This document shows positions 47,880-56,388 of a DNA stretch of 64,000 nucleotides, piece after piece (position 1 is the first letter of the stretch; every line of letters begins with the position of its first letter). The stretch spans positions 8,557 to 72,556 of the forward strand of contig JAZDHZ010000035.1 in the NCBI GenBank assembly GCA_043805415.1. The letters run 5' to 3'. Made by a program: the position numbers and the translations under genes. This DNA comes from Candidatus Omnitrophota bacterium (GTDB lineage: Bacteria; Omnitrophota; Gorgyraeia; B26-G9). The notes beneath the pieces are model-generated. The model was not told the DNA's origin and did no database searches. It was given only the letters and a program-made list of their open reading frames with translations.

Positions 47880-48073
47880 TGTTTTCTCCTTATGAAAAAG
47901 CATTTTTTATTCTATGCTGTTTTTAAAATGCTGGCTGCTTACAAGGAAGCATTTTAGCTATTCTGCTTTTATGTTAATTAATTGTTTCTTTCCTTCGCAA
48001 CTTTTTTCTTCTCCTGCTCATTTTTCTGCTATGTTTGTCACCTCCTTATTCCCTTAAAATTGAACAATAAGCG

Positions 48074-48134
48074 AATATTCTCATATTGGAATATTAACAC
48101 AAATTAATATATTCCTAAACTATTTTTTTGTCAA
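48074..48134 (-). promoter_or_regulatory. Promoter plus ArsR/SmtB-type palindromic operator
   Basis: TTGACA-17 nt-TATATT, followed by AATATTC-N8-GAATATT. Confidence 0.65.
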
Positions 48135-48173
48135 GTCTAAAATTATGTTTTGATCTGATTTTTCTCTCTATGA

Positions 48174-48515
48174 TTAAGCTTCTTTTAAAACCTTAGAAAG
48201 CATCTTTTTATCATCTTGAAGTGAAGAAATTTGCTGGCATTGTTCATGAAGAAATAAAGTGACTTTATATTGAAATGAATCAACATTTTTTGTTAAGCGA
48301 TAATACACCAGATTGCCGCAGCGGCGATCAACCACTAGCTTTATAAGCCGCAGCCGGGAAAGATGTTTGGAAGCAACTGACTGGCTTATAGCTAAGGTCT
48401 GGCAGATGACCTTGACCGTCACTTCTTTTGTATCCAGAAGATTTAATATTCTTAAGCGAGTATCTTCAGCACAAGCTTTTAAAACCGATCTTATGCTTTT
48501 TACATTTATGCTCAT
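48174..48515 (-). CDS. ArsR/SmtB family transcriptional regulator
   Basis: KA.A..TRLRIL.LL, V..I...L..SQS..SKHL..LR...LV..RR.G..VYY.L. Confidence 0.92.
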   Translation of the reverse strand: MSINVKSIRSVLKACAEDTRLRILNLLDTKEVTVKVICQTLAISQSVASKHLSRLRLIKLVVDRRCGNLVYYRLTKNVDSFQYKVTLFLHEQCQQISSLQDDKKMLSKVLKEA

Positions 48516-48542
48516 AAGCTCCTTGGGCTGAAATTACATATC

Positions 48543-48580
48543 TATATGAACATATTAGCATATATCCGCGGTTTTGTCAA
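48543..48580 (-). promoter_or_regulatory. arsR promoter with an overlapping autoregulatory palindrome
   Basis: TTGACA-17 nt-TAATAT with a TGn extension; TATATG-N10-CATATA overlaps the -10. Confidence 0.65.
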
Positions 48581-48617
48581 ATTTGCCGCTAAAGCCAGCT
48601 GCCCGCATTCCTCGAAA

Positions 48618-51600
48618 CTATGTCTTTTTCCCTTGAAAATAGTTTTTTATTCTTTCCAAATACCAGAAAACCAAGGGAATAAAAATCAAAGTATACACAA
48701 TTGATGCCATAATCCCCCCGATCATAACCGCGCCCATGGCCTGCTTTCCTTCCATCATTGCCCACAGCTGCGGAAAAACCCCCAGGACTATGGCCAGTGA
48801 AGTCATAATAATCGCTCTGAATTTTTCCGAAGCGCCCAGCCAAAGCGCTTCTTTAACCGCTACGCCTTCCTTCATCTTCAGCAAGGCATAATCAAGCAAA
48901 AGAATCGCGTTATTTACTACCAATCCCACCAGCATAACCATGCCCATTAAAGACAAAACATTATTTGTATAGCCCAGAAAAAACATCGCGTAATAAACTC
49001 CGACAAAAGATGTAAATACTGTCATCATAATCGCGATCGGATATAATGCTGAATTCATAATCGCGGCTAAAAGAATATAGGTTAAGATCAGTGCCAGAAG
49101 AAAAGCCTTGCCTATTTCCGTATTTGACTCAGATTCATATTCCGCGTCACCGACATATTTATAACCATATCCTTTATCTATGGATAAGGTTTCAAATTGT
49201 TTATCTAAAATCTTGCGGACAAAGCCGGTATTGCTTTTGGATAAATAGCCTTCCAAACGGATAACTCTATCCCGGTCGCGGTGTTTAATTGTCGGCAAAG
49301 CCTTCGCGTCCTGTAAATCACCCAATTCTGTGATTGGAATTAATCCTTTGCTGGATAAAACCATTATTTTATTAAGGTCAGCGAAATTTGAGGCATATTC
49401 AGAATCAAGCTCAATATTTATATCATATTCCTGTCCTTTTTCTTTATAAATATTTGTTGTGTCGCCATAAATACTTGCTCTTAATGTCTGGGCAATATCG
49501 CTGCTGGTCAGGCCATAAGCAATCAGTTTATCCTGATCCGGAATAAATTTTATCTCTTTTTTCGGCGCTTTATAAGAAGAACTTACTGAACGGAAATAAC
49601 CGCTGTCTTCCATTGTTTTCTGCATTGACTGGGAAAGCACAATCGCTTTATCATAATCATCGCCAAAGACATTAATCGATATATCGCCTTCTTCACCGCC
49701 GCCCATACCCAAACGCATTATATTAATCTGCGCGTCCGGGATCGCGGCCATAAACAAGATAAGCTCATCAATTATCCGCAGATCTGAGCGCTGGCGTTTT
49801 TTAGAAGAAATAAGATCCACCGCGATTGTCGCGTTTTCCACGCCATTGTCGCCTAATTTACTTAAGTATGATTTTTGTTCGGGAAGCTGTTTTACTCTGT
49901 CTTCAATGATTTTTACCACTGATAATGTCCGCTCAATAGTCGAGCCTTTGGGCATAACCAGCATTATTTTTATCTTATTCTCATCATCTGAAGGCATAAA
50001 CTCGCTGTCAATATACGGCATTATTCTGGTTAAAGACAAAAATGACAGCAGCACCAGCATAATCATTATCAGAGGATGGCGGAAAGTAAATTCAAAAATC
50101 CTTTTGTATTCCTGCGTGCAAACATCCATTATTTTTTCAGTAAACCGCACCGGGAATAATAATACCGCGCTAAGCTTGTTTTGCTTTGGCGCGGTTTTCT
50201 GTTTCTTAAGCAATAATCCGCAAAGCATCGGAGTCAGGGTAAACGAAGCAATCAAAGAAAACAATGTCGCGTAAACAACGGTTAAGCCGAATGACTGAAA
50301 GAATTTCCCGACTATCCCGCCCATCATCGCGATCGGCAGAAATACCACCAGATTAGTTCCGGTAGAAGCCATGACTGCCCCGGCAACCTCATGGGTAGCG
50401 CTCACAGCCGCGTGCTGCGCGTCTTCATGATGCTGCAGATGCACCAGCACGTTTTCAATAATAACAATCGCGTTGGCAATCAGCGTTCCCAAAGATGTGG
50501 CAATGGCCATAAGCGTCATCATATTAATACTGAATCCTGAGGCGCTTACCGGCCAGAAAGTGGAAATTACTGAAGCGGGAATAACAATTGCCGCGATAAA
50601 AGTAAGCTTCGCTTTGCCGGTAAAAAGATACAGAATAACTACGGTGAGCAAAATCCCGAGAATAATATTAAACTGCGCGTCAGCGGTTTCATTCTTGATA
50701 AAATCCGCTGTGTCCGAGGCAATCTGAATATCCATGCCTTCGGGCAGCTGTTTTCTGAATTCAGCCATCCTTTTGCTGATCTGACCGGCAATCTCCACCG
50801 CGTTTCCGTCTGAAACCTTGTTTATCGAAAGCCCGACAACTTCCTGGGCATTAAACCTGGCCATGGATTCGACTTTTTTAAAACTGTCTTCAATCTCCGC
50901 GATATCTTTTAAATAAAATTTATTCCCGTCTTTTGAACGCAGCTCAAAATTTCTTATTTGCTCAACATCCTGAAACTCACCGACAAACCGCACGCTCAGG
51001 GAGGAAAAACCCTTTTCCAATTCTCCTCCCGGGATATTCCGGTTTTTCATCTTTAGCGCCGTAATCACTTCCTCAATGGAAATGTATTTTTGTTTCATCA
51101 GCTCCGGATTAAGCTCAACATTTATCTGCCTTTCTTTTCCGCCGTAAACATCAACCTTAGCCACGCCCTTAACTGAAGCGAGTTTGGTTTTAAAAGTTTT
51201 ATCCGCGTACTCATAAAGCTGCCGGACATCGATATTTTTACCGGAAAGCACCATCTCAATTACCGGTTCTATCAAAGGATCATATTTTTCAATAATCGGC
51301 GCTTCAATATCATCCGGCAGATCATTCAATATCGCTTCCACCTTGTCTTTTACTTCAATGGATTTCACATTAACATCAGCTGAAAGCAAAAACTTTATAA
51401 AAACAAATCCCAGATTATCATAAGAATCACTGCGGATCTGGTCAATCTGCGATATCTCGGAAACCGCGTCCTCGATCTTATTGACCACCAGCGTCTCCAC
51501 CTCAAGCGAAGTCGCTCCGGGATAAGTCACGGCAACTGTAATAATCGGAAAATCTATTTGCGGGGTTTTTTCCACCAGTAATGTGGAAAAAGAAAATATG

Positions 51601-51668
51601 CCCAGAACCACAAATACAATAATCAGCATGATTGTCGTTATTGGTCTTTTAACAAAAAATTCTATCAT
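48618..51668 (-). CDS. RND efflux permease (AcrB/AcrD/AcrF family)
   Basis: F.KRP, YPGA..EVE..V..IE, NAIVIIEN, GLVVNNAILL, R.IIMT; 1016 aa. Confidence 0.93.
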   Translation of the reverse strand: MIEFFVKRPITTIMLIIVFVVLGIFSFSTLLVEKTPQIDFPIITVAVTYPGATSLEVETLVVNKIEDAVSEISQIDQIRSDSYDNLGFVFIKFLLSADVNVKSIEVKDKVEAILNDLPDDIEAPIIEKYDPLIEPVIEMVLSGKNIDVRQLYEYADKTFKTKLASVKGVAKVDVYGGKERQINVELNPELMKQKYISIEEVITALKMKNRNIPGGELEKGFSSLSVRFVGEFQDVEQIRNFELRSKDGNKFYLKDIAEIEDSFKKVESMARFNAQEVVGLSINKVSDGNAVEIAGQISKRMAEFRKQLPEGMDIQIASDTADFIKNETADAQFNIILGILLTVVILYLFTGKAKLTFIAAIVIPASVISTFWPVSASGFSINMMTLMAIATSLGTLIANAIVIIENVLVHLQHHEDAQHAAVSATHEVAGAVMASTGTNLVVFLPIAMMGGIVGKFFQSFGLTVVYATLFSLIASFTLTPMLCGLLLKKQKTAPKQNKLSAVLLFPVRFTEKIMDVCTQEYKRIFEFTFRHPLIMIMLVLLSFLSLTRIMPYIDSEFMPSDDENKIKIMLVMPKGSTIERTLSVVKIIEDRVKQLPEQKSYLSKLGDNGVENATIAVDLISSKKRQRSDLRIIDELILFMAAIPDAQINIMRLGMGGGEEGDISINVFGDDYDKAIVLSQSMQKTMEDSGYFRSVSSSYKAPKKEIKFIPDQDKLIAYGLTSSDIAQTLRASIYGDTTNIYKEKGQEYDINIELDSEYASNFADLNKIMVLSSKGLIPITELGDLQDAKALPTIKHRDRDRVIRLEGYLSKSNTGFVRKILDKQFETLSIDKGYGYKYVGDAEYESESNTEIGKAFLLALILTYILLAAIMNSALYPIAIMMTVFTSFVGVYYAMFFLGYTNNVLSLMGMVMLVGLVVNNAILLLDYALLKMKEGVAVKEALWLGASEKFRAIIMTSLAIVLGVFPQLWAMMEGKQAMGAVMIGGIMASIVYTLIFIPLVFWYLERIKNYFQGKKT

Positions 51669-51695
51669 TGTTTTCTCCTGAAAATTTTTCCAGCC

Positions 51696-52370
51696 TTATA
51701 GTTCACTAATTATCTGAATATGATCTTTGTCCCGCAAAGCTGATTGGCCGCTATAAATTAAAATGTCCCCGGGGTTTATTCCGCTTCGCGCAATCGCGCC
51801 ATAGCCATTGCGCGAACTTATTTTAATCAGCTGCTGCCGGGCAATTCCGTCATTGCCTTTCCAGATATAAAAATCACTGCCTTTTATATCTAAAATATCA
51901 TTCGGCACATTGATCACTTGCTTAAAAGTATTAGTCTGGACAAAAACAATCAGCTTCGCGCTATTTTCCCAAACCAGCTGTTTTAGCTCTACTTTTACTA
52001 AAAACATCCCGGTTTCCAGCGAAATCGCCTCAGAAACCGAAAGAATTGTTCCGATATTCTCCGCGGCGTTTTCCTGCTTATATATCTTTTGTCCGCTGGA
52101 AAGCGCGTCCTTAATATCTTTACTGACAAAACCCTGCCATTGTTTATCTTTATTCAGACTGATAGTCAGGCGCGTATATTCCGCGATATCCTCGAGCGCG
52201 GCTTTTTTTACAGTAACCGGAATTCCTTTTTCCTGCCGCTGGGCAATACTGCTTGCTATGGTTCTCGAGCGCTCAGCTCTAACCTGATTTTGCCTGATTA
52301 ATACCAGCGCGATAAAAACAATTAATAATAAACAGTATCCGCATGTTCTAATATTTAAAAATTTTTTCAT
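51696..52370 (-). CDS. Short periplasmic adaptor (MFP) subunit
   Basis: N-terminal TM, PVTV, G.I..VS..I..ETG.F.VKV, VP, G..PGD..I..GQ..L.D; lies between TolC and the RND gene. Confidence 0.7.
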   Translation of the reverse strand: MKKFLNIRTCGYCLLLIVFIALVLIRQNQVRAERSRTIASSIAQRQEKGIPVTVKKAALEDIAEYTRLTISLNKDKQWQGFVSKDIKDALSSGQKIYKQENAAENIGTILSVSEAISLETGMFLVKVELKQLVWENSAKLIVFVQTNTFKQVINVPNDILDIKGSDFYIWKGNDGIARQQLIKISSRNGYGAIARSGINPGDILIYSGQSALRDKDHIQIISEL

Positions 52371-52374
52371 CTCT

Positions 52375-53658
52375 CTAGTCCTTTACTGTCAATCTTTCTA
52401 TCTTTGCTTTTGTTACCGCGATATTATACAGCGTCTGCTGCTGCTGCAGTTTTTGGCTGGTAAGCAGCTGTTCAGCATCATTTAAATCAGTTAAACTAAC
52501 CTGTCCGGTTTCAAACATATCTCGGGTTATGGTATATGATTCTTCGGCAAGCCGCACCGCCTGATTATTCGCGTCAAGGGTTTTTAAATATTCAACATAT
52601 TCTTCAATCCCTGTCTTAAGGCTTAATAATAAATTTTTTTCTTCCAGTTTGCGCTCTAGCCGGGCATTATCCCTGTCTGCTTTTGCCTGCTCAATCATTG
52701 CCCATTTTTCTCCGCCGTTCCACAAAGGCACATTAACGCTGATCCCGGCAGAAGCATAAGTATCGATTTCCTCAGAGCCAATATATTTTTTATCATTTGA
52801 GCCGCCATTATAATCCCCTTCGGCGAACAGAGAAACCGTGGCCAGAGTATCAGCGCGCTTGCTGCTAAGCATGGCTTCCGCTGCTTTGATTTGCGCGTCC
52901 AGAGCTTTTAAAGCCGGCTCATTGGCATATAATTTATTTAACTGTTCTTCGTAGGAAATAGTCTGATTATTTACCGGAAATTGATCAATAAGGTTTATCT
53001 TAGTATCCAAGGGAAGATCAACCAGGGTATTTAATGTTTTTAAAGCAGTTTGACACTGCGCCCGGGCCTCACTAAGCTGCGGGATTCGCGCGGCAATATC
53101 CGCGTCCATTTTAATAATATCCCGCTTGGAATTTCTTCCGGACTGAGCGCGAAGCTCTAAAAGTTTCTTATTGGCAACAATGCTATTATACGATTCCTGG
53201 GCAATCAGAAAAACATTCTGAGTAAAAAGCAATGAATAATAACTTAGTTTTGCCGTATAAATAATATCCCGTTTTTTTGCTCTGTCCTGTAGCCGGATCG
53301 CCTCAACTGATTTTCTGGCCGCGTCCACAGCCGCGCTGACCCGTCCGAATGACCATAAAAGCTGCGTAATGCTTATGCCGCTTTTCAGATCATAATCCGT
53401 GGTCTTTTCCGCGCTCACGGGATATTCCGTATTATTTGTCCAGGTAGCATTGGCATTTAAATGCGGCAAAAGCCCGGAGCGGGACTGTTTATAAACTGCC
53501 TGGGATTTTTTAATATTGTTCTCTGATATCTTCACTGCTTCGCTGGTTTTAAGCGCGGCGTCAATCGTGTCTTTTAGCCCAAGCTCTAAACCAGCATAAA
53601 CCGAAGACGCCAGGCTAAGCAGCGCAATCATTAAACCCAGAGTTTTTATTGCCTTCAC
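52375..53658 (-). CDS. TolC-family outer membrane efflux protein
   Basis: Signal peptide, LLP.L, Q.LW.FG, VPLW.GG, G..S..DL.DA. Confidence 0.9.
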   Translation of the reverse strand: MKAIKTLGLMIALLSLASSVYAGLELGLKDTIDAALKTSEAVKISENNIKKSQAVYKQSRSGLLPHLNANATWTNNTEYPVSAEKTTDYDLKSGISITQLLWSFGRVSAAVDAARKSVEAIRLQDRAKKRDIIYTAKLSYYSLLFTQNVFLIAQESYNSIVANKKLLELRAQSGRNSKRDIIKMDADIAARIPQLSEARAQCQTALKTLNTLVDLPLDTKINLIDQFPVNNQTISYEEQLNKLYANEPALKALDAQIKAAEAMLSSKRADTLATVSLFAEGDYNGGSNDKKYIGSEEIDTYASAGISVNVPLWNGGEKWAMIEQAKADRDNARLERKLEEKNLLLSLKTGIEEYVEYLKTLDANNQAVRLAEESYTITRDMFETGQVSLTDLNDAEQLLTSQKLQQQQTLYNIAVTKAKIERLTVKD

Positions 53659-54317
53659 TTTAAATTCCCTCCTAAACCAATCCAGAGCGTTTTTAATTGC
53701 CTGGCCATCTGCTCTGAAGAAGTATGAAAATTTTTAAATTTAACTGCCAAAGGCGTTCCCACCATAATTGTTTTCAAGGCAACACAGACATTATTAATAT
53801 CAATAATCTTAGGCAGTTCCTTATTGCTGATTGCTTTTTGCAAACACTCTTTAAAAAATAAATCCAGACAATCCCCTGGAGAACCTATCGCCTCTATGCC
53901 TTTAAGTTCCGGATAAGCATAGTATTTTTCCGCGTTGGATATCTCAAATTCATGCGGATCTTCTTTTTCTCCAATCAGCGATGATATCATTTCATAAACC
54001 AGATAAGGATTATTAAACTCTTCAAACAAGGCTTGAAAAGCGCGGCAGATTAAATCATAGGCTTTATTTGTTTTAACTTTATTATAGGCTGTCCAAACAA
54101 CTTTTACCGAGTGCAGCTGCATACAAAAATGAACAATTTCAATTTTTTTCGAAAAATAATTAAAAAAAGTGCCTTCTGAAACTTCCACGCTTGCGCATAC
54201 CTGGCGGATTGAAATATCCTCAAACCGCGTATGTTCCAGGCGATTTATAAACTCACGCATTAAAGCGATTTTGGTTTTGGCGCTTTTTTTTTCTCTTAAA
54301 GAATATTTCTCCGGCAT
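53655..54317 (-). CDS. TetR family transcriptional regulator
   Basis: LREKK...TK, F..ISIR.VC..VEVSEGTFFNYFSKK HTH. Confidence 0.9.
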   Translation of the reverse strand: MPEKYSLREKKSAKTKIALMREFINRLEHTRFEDISIRQVCASVEVSEGTFFNYFSKKIEIVHFCMQLHSVKVVWTAYNKVKTNKAYDLICRAFQALFEEFNNPYLVYEMISSLIGEKEDPHEFEISNAEKYYAYPELKGIEAIGSPGDCLDLFFKECLQKAISNKELPKIIDINNVCVALKTIMVGTPLAVKFKNFHTSSEQMARQLKTLWIGLGGNLK

Positions 54318-54333
54318 ACTGTCTCCTTTTAGC

Positions 54334-54372
54334 TTACATTATAATTATAGCACACTATATTTTTAATGTCAA
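54334..54372 (-). promoter_or_regulatory. Consensus sigma70 promoter inside a long palindrome (probable TetR operator)
   Basis: TTGACA-17 nt-TATAAT with a TGn extension; imperfect inverted repeat TTACATTATAATTATAG-CACA-CTATATTTTTAATGTCA. Confidence 0.8.
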
Positions 54373-54436
54373 GAGTACTTTTTTTTGATTTATCCAAAAA
54401 AACTTTGCTTGCCGGATAAATTAACCCGGATTAAAC

Positions 54437-54468
54437 AAAAAAGACAATTCTGTTTTAGAATTGTCTTT
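54437..54468 (-). terminator. Intrinsic terminator after 54505..56370
   Basis: AAAGACAATTCT-5 nt-AGAATTGTCTTT with a T-run on the minus strand. Confidence 0.8.
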
Positions 54469-54504
54469 AAAAGCCATCCTATTTTATTAAAAAACAAAAA
54501 GTGG

Positions 54505-56370
54505 CTATATCGCCTGCTCGATAAATATTGTTTTTTCAAAAGAAACATAACTTAAATCTATGCCCTGCACCGGAATAGCCTGAACATGTTTAGAAGCAGC
54601 CAAATAAGTAATCATTGCTGCCTGACAACTGAATAGCGATAATTCCTCAGGAGCAACCAGCTTTCCTTTTGTTGCCAGCAAAAAAGCTTCGATTTGGTCC
54701 AAACTCGAATCTTTATTAATTCCTTCAAGAAGAGTATTGAGCATCTCCTGGAATCTTTCTTGTTTTTTTTGCATTACCGCTATCGGCATTTTCTCCATGT
54801 CATTATGATTAACCATCGCGGCAAACCAGGCGTCTATTGTCGCGGCAAGATTTTCATATCCTGGTTTTAGATATAAAGCGAAAAACAGGCTGTTTGGTTC
54901 AATTACACCTTCGCTGACATAGTATGCCCGGTTTACCTTTATTTTTTCGCCATTAGTACCGTTTGCCGCGGTTTCGCTGTATTGGACAAAGTTTTGGTTA
55001 GGATGTTCTGAGCCATAATACACTTCTTTTATTCCTAATTCTTTAAAAACCTCCAGACATGCTTTGCAAGGATGCAGTGTAACATAAATAACCGTGTTCT
55101 TAAAAGGCTCGCCGGCTAAAGCAGTGAGTTTTTTTAATAAAGCCATTGCTTCTTTTGATTTATTTATTTTTGAGGTATAGGCAAGAAACTCCAGCCGCAT
55201 AAGTTCCGGCAGATATCTGGACTGCGGATTTTTTACCCGCAATTCCTGATCAAGCACCTTAAGCACTAGATTGATTTCCGCGTGGCGGTGAACTCCGATA
55301 GTATTAGTTGCTGAACAAAACGGCTCTTGGTTCCAGGAGCAAGAAATACCGCAGCTGACTTTAGCAAAAGGATAGCGGTATGGGATATTCTGCGCCTGCT
55401 TATACAAGGAATGAAAAATCCGGCTTTCCCGCAAAGGAATATGATAAAGCTGTTCATAGCGGTTTACTACCTCGCCGCCTTTGACAAGGCTTAAAAAACT
55501 CTGCACCACCCGCGGCCCGTACAAAACATAGCTATTGTTCTGTATGTCAGCAACCGCGCTGGCAAAGGAATGTTTAAGCTGCTGATTGTACGGCCGTATT
55601 CCAAGCATGGCGCTGAACGAATCAGCCACTCGGGCGATCTTTGCTTCCAGCGGAATATCTTGCCGGGTTACTGGATCAGGATAACCGGTACCGTCAGTAT
55701 TAGCGTGATGATAAAAAGCTACTGAAAGAATCAGTTGATCGCTAATACCGCACTCTTTTAAAATATCGTATGATTTTGCCGAATGTTCGACAATCTCATT
55801 ACGAATAGATTCCTGCTGCTCTTTGGAGAACAGAGTAATGTCTGAAAAAACTCGGTCATCGCTGATAACTTTGGGATCAGTATCGCACTTGCCGATATCA
55901 TGGAACCTGCAGCCAATCGCGATCTGCGCGAGCTGCTCTTGCCTGAATCCAAGAACCTTGCCCAGGCAATAAGCAATAAGCATTACTTCTTTTTCATGCT
56001 TGATAACCCATTCGTAATCCGCCGGCCGCTGCGCTTCTTTTGCTTCAAGCCTTTCAATGGCTTTGCCGTACTTATAGCCGTATTCGCTCTGGATACCCCG
56101 CATCAGGTCATCCGCGCTGCCAACCTGTTTAGTCAACTTTCGCATAAAAGACCCATACTCGGGATTTTCCTGCCCCGAGATCCCTGGCTGCGGCATAAGA
56201 CTCACATGCTGGTACATCGCTTGGCAGGTCGAGACCATGCCCAGGGTTTGCAGCTGCAGCTGCGGAGAAAGGCAGGATGGCTTACAATTAAACTCTTGCG
56301 CGCAAAGATAAGTCAATGCTGAAAAAAAGATAACATTAATCATAATAAACGTAATTATTTTTTTTACCAT
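54505..56370 (-). CDS. Predicted secreted protein: HD-GYP domain + Zn-dependent deaminase domain, with CLSPQ leader and EQAI tail
   Basis: Signal peptide; FHDIGK, HH...DGTGYP, VADSFSAM..RPY; HAE...TLHPCKAC...GIKEVYYG. Confidence 0.8.
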   Translation of the reverse strand: MVKKIITFIMINVIFFSALTYLCAQEFNCKPSCLSPQLQLQTLGMVSTCQAMYQHVSLMPQPGISGQENPEYGSFMRKLTKQVGSADDLMRGIQSEYGYKYGKAIERLEAKEAQRPADYEWVIKHEKEVMLIAYCLGKVLGFRQEQLAQIAIGCRFHDIGKCDTDPKVISDDRVFSDITLFSKEQQESIRNEIVEHSAKSYDILKECGISDQLILSVAFYHHANTDGTGYPDPVTRQDIPLEAKIARVADSFSAMLGIRPYNQQLKHSFASAVADIQNNSYVLYGPRVVQSFLSLVKGGEVVNRYEQLYHIPLRESRIFHSLYKQAQNIPYRYPFAKVSCGISCSWNQEPFCSATNTIGVHRHAEINLVLKVLDQELRVKNPQSRYLPELMRLEFLAYTSKINKSKEAMALLKKLTALAGEPFKNTVIYVTLHPCKACLEVFKELGIKEVYYGSEHPNQNFVQYSETAANGTNGEKIKVNRAYYVSEGVIEPNSLFFALYLKPGYENLAATIDAWFAAMVNHNDMEKMPIAVMQKKQERFQEMLNTLLEGINKDSSLDQIEAFLLATKGKLVAPEELSLFSCQAAMITYLAASKHVQAIPVQGIDLSYVSFEKTIFIEQAI

Positions 56371-56388
56371 ATAGTATCTTATCTTTTT

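Noticed and set aside
48618-54317. TolC-MFP-RND operon as the exporter of the EQAI-tailed proteins
   Set aside because: It is separated by a terminator and has its own TetR-type promoter. RND pumps move small molecules, and adjacency alone is not evidence.
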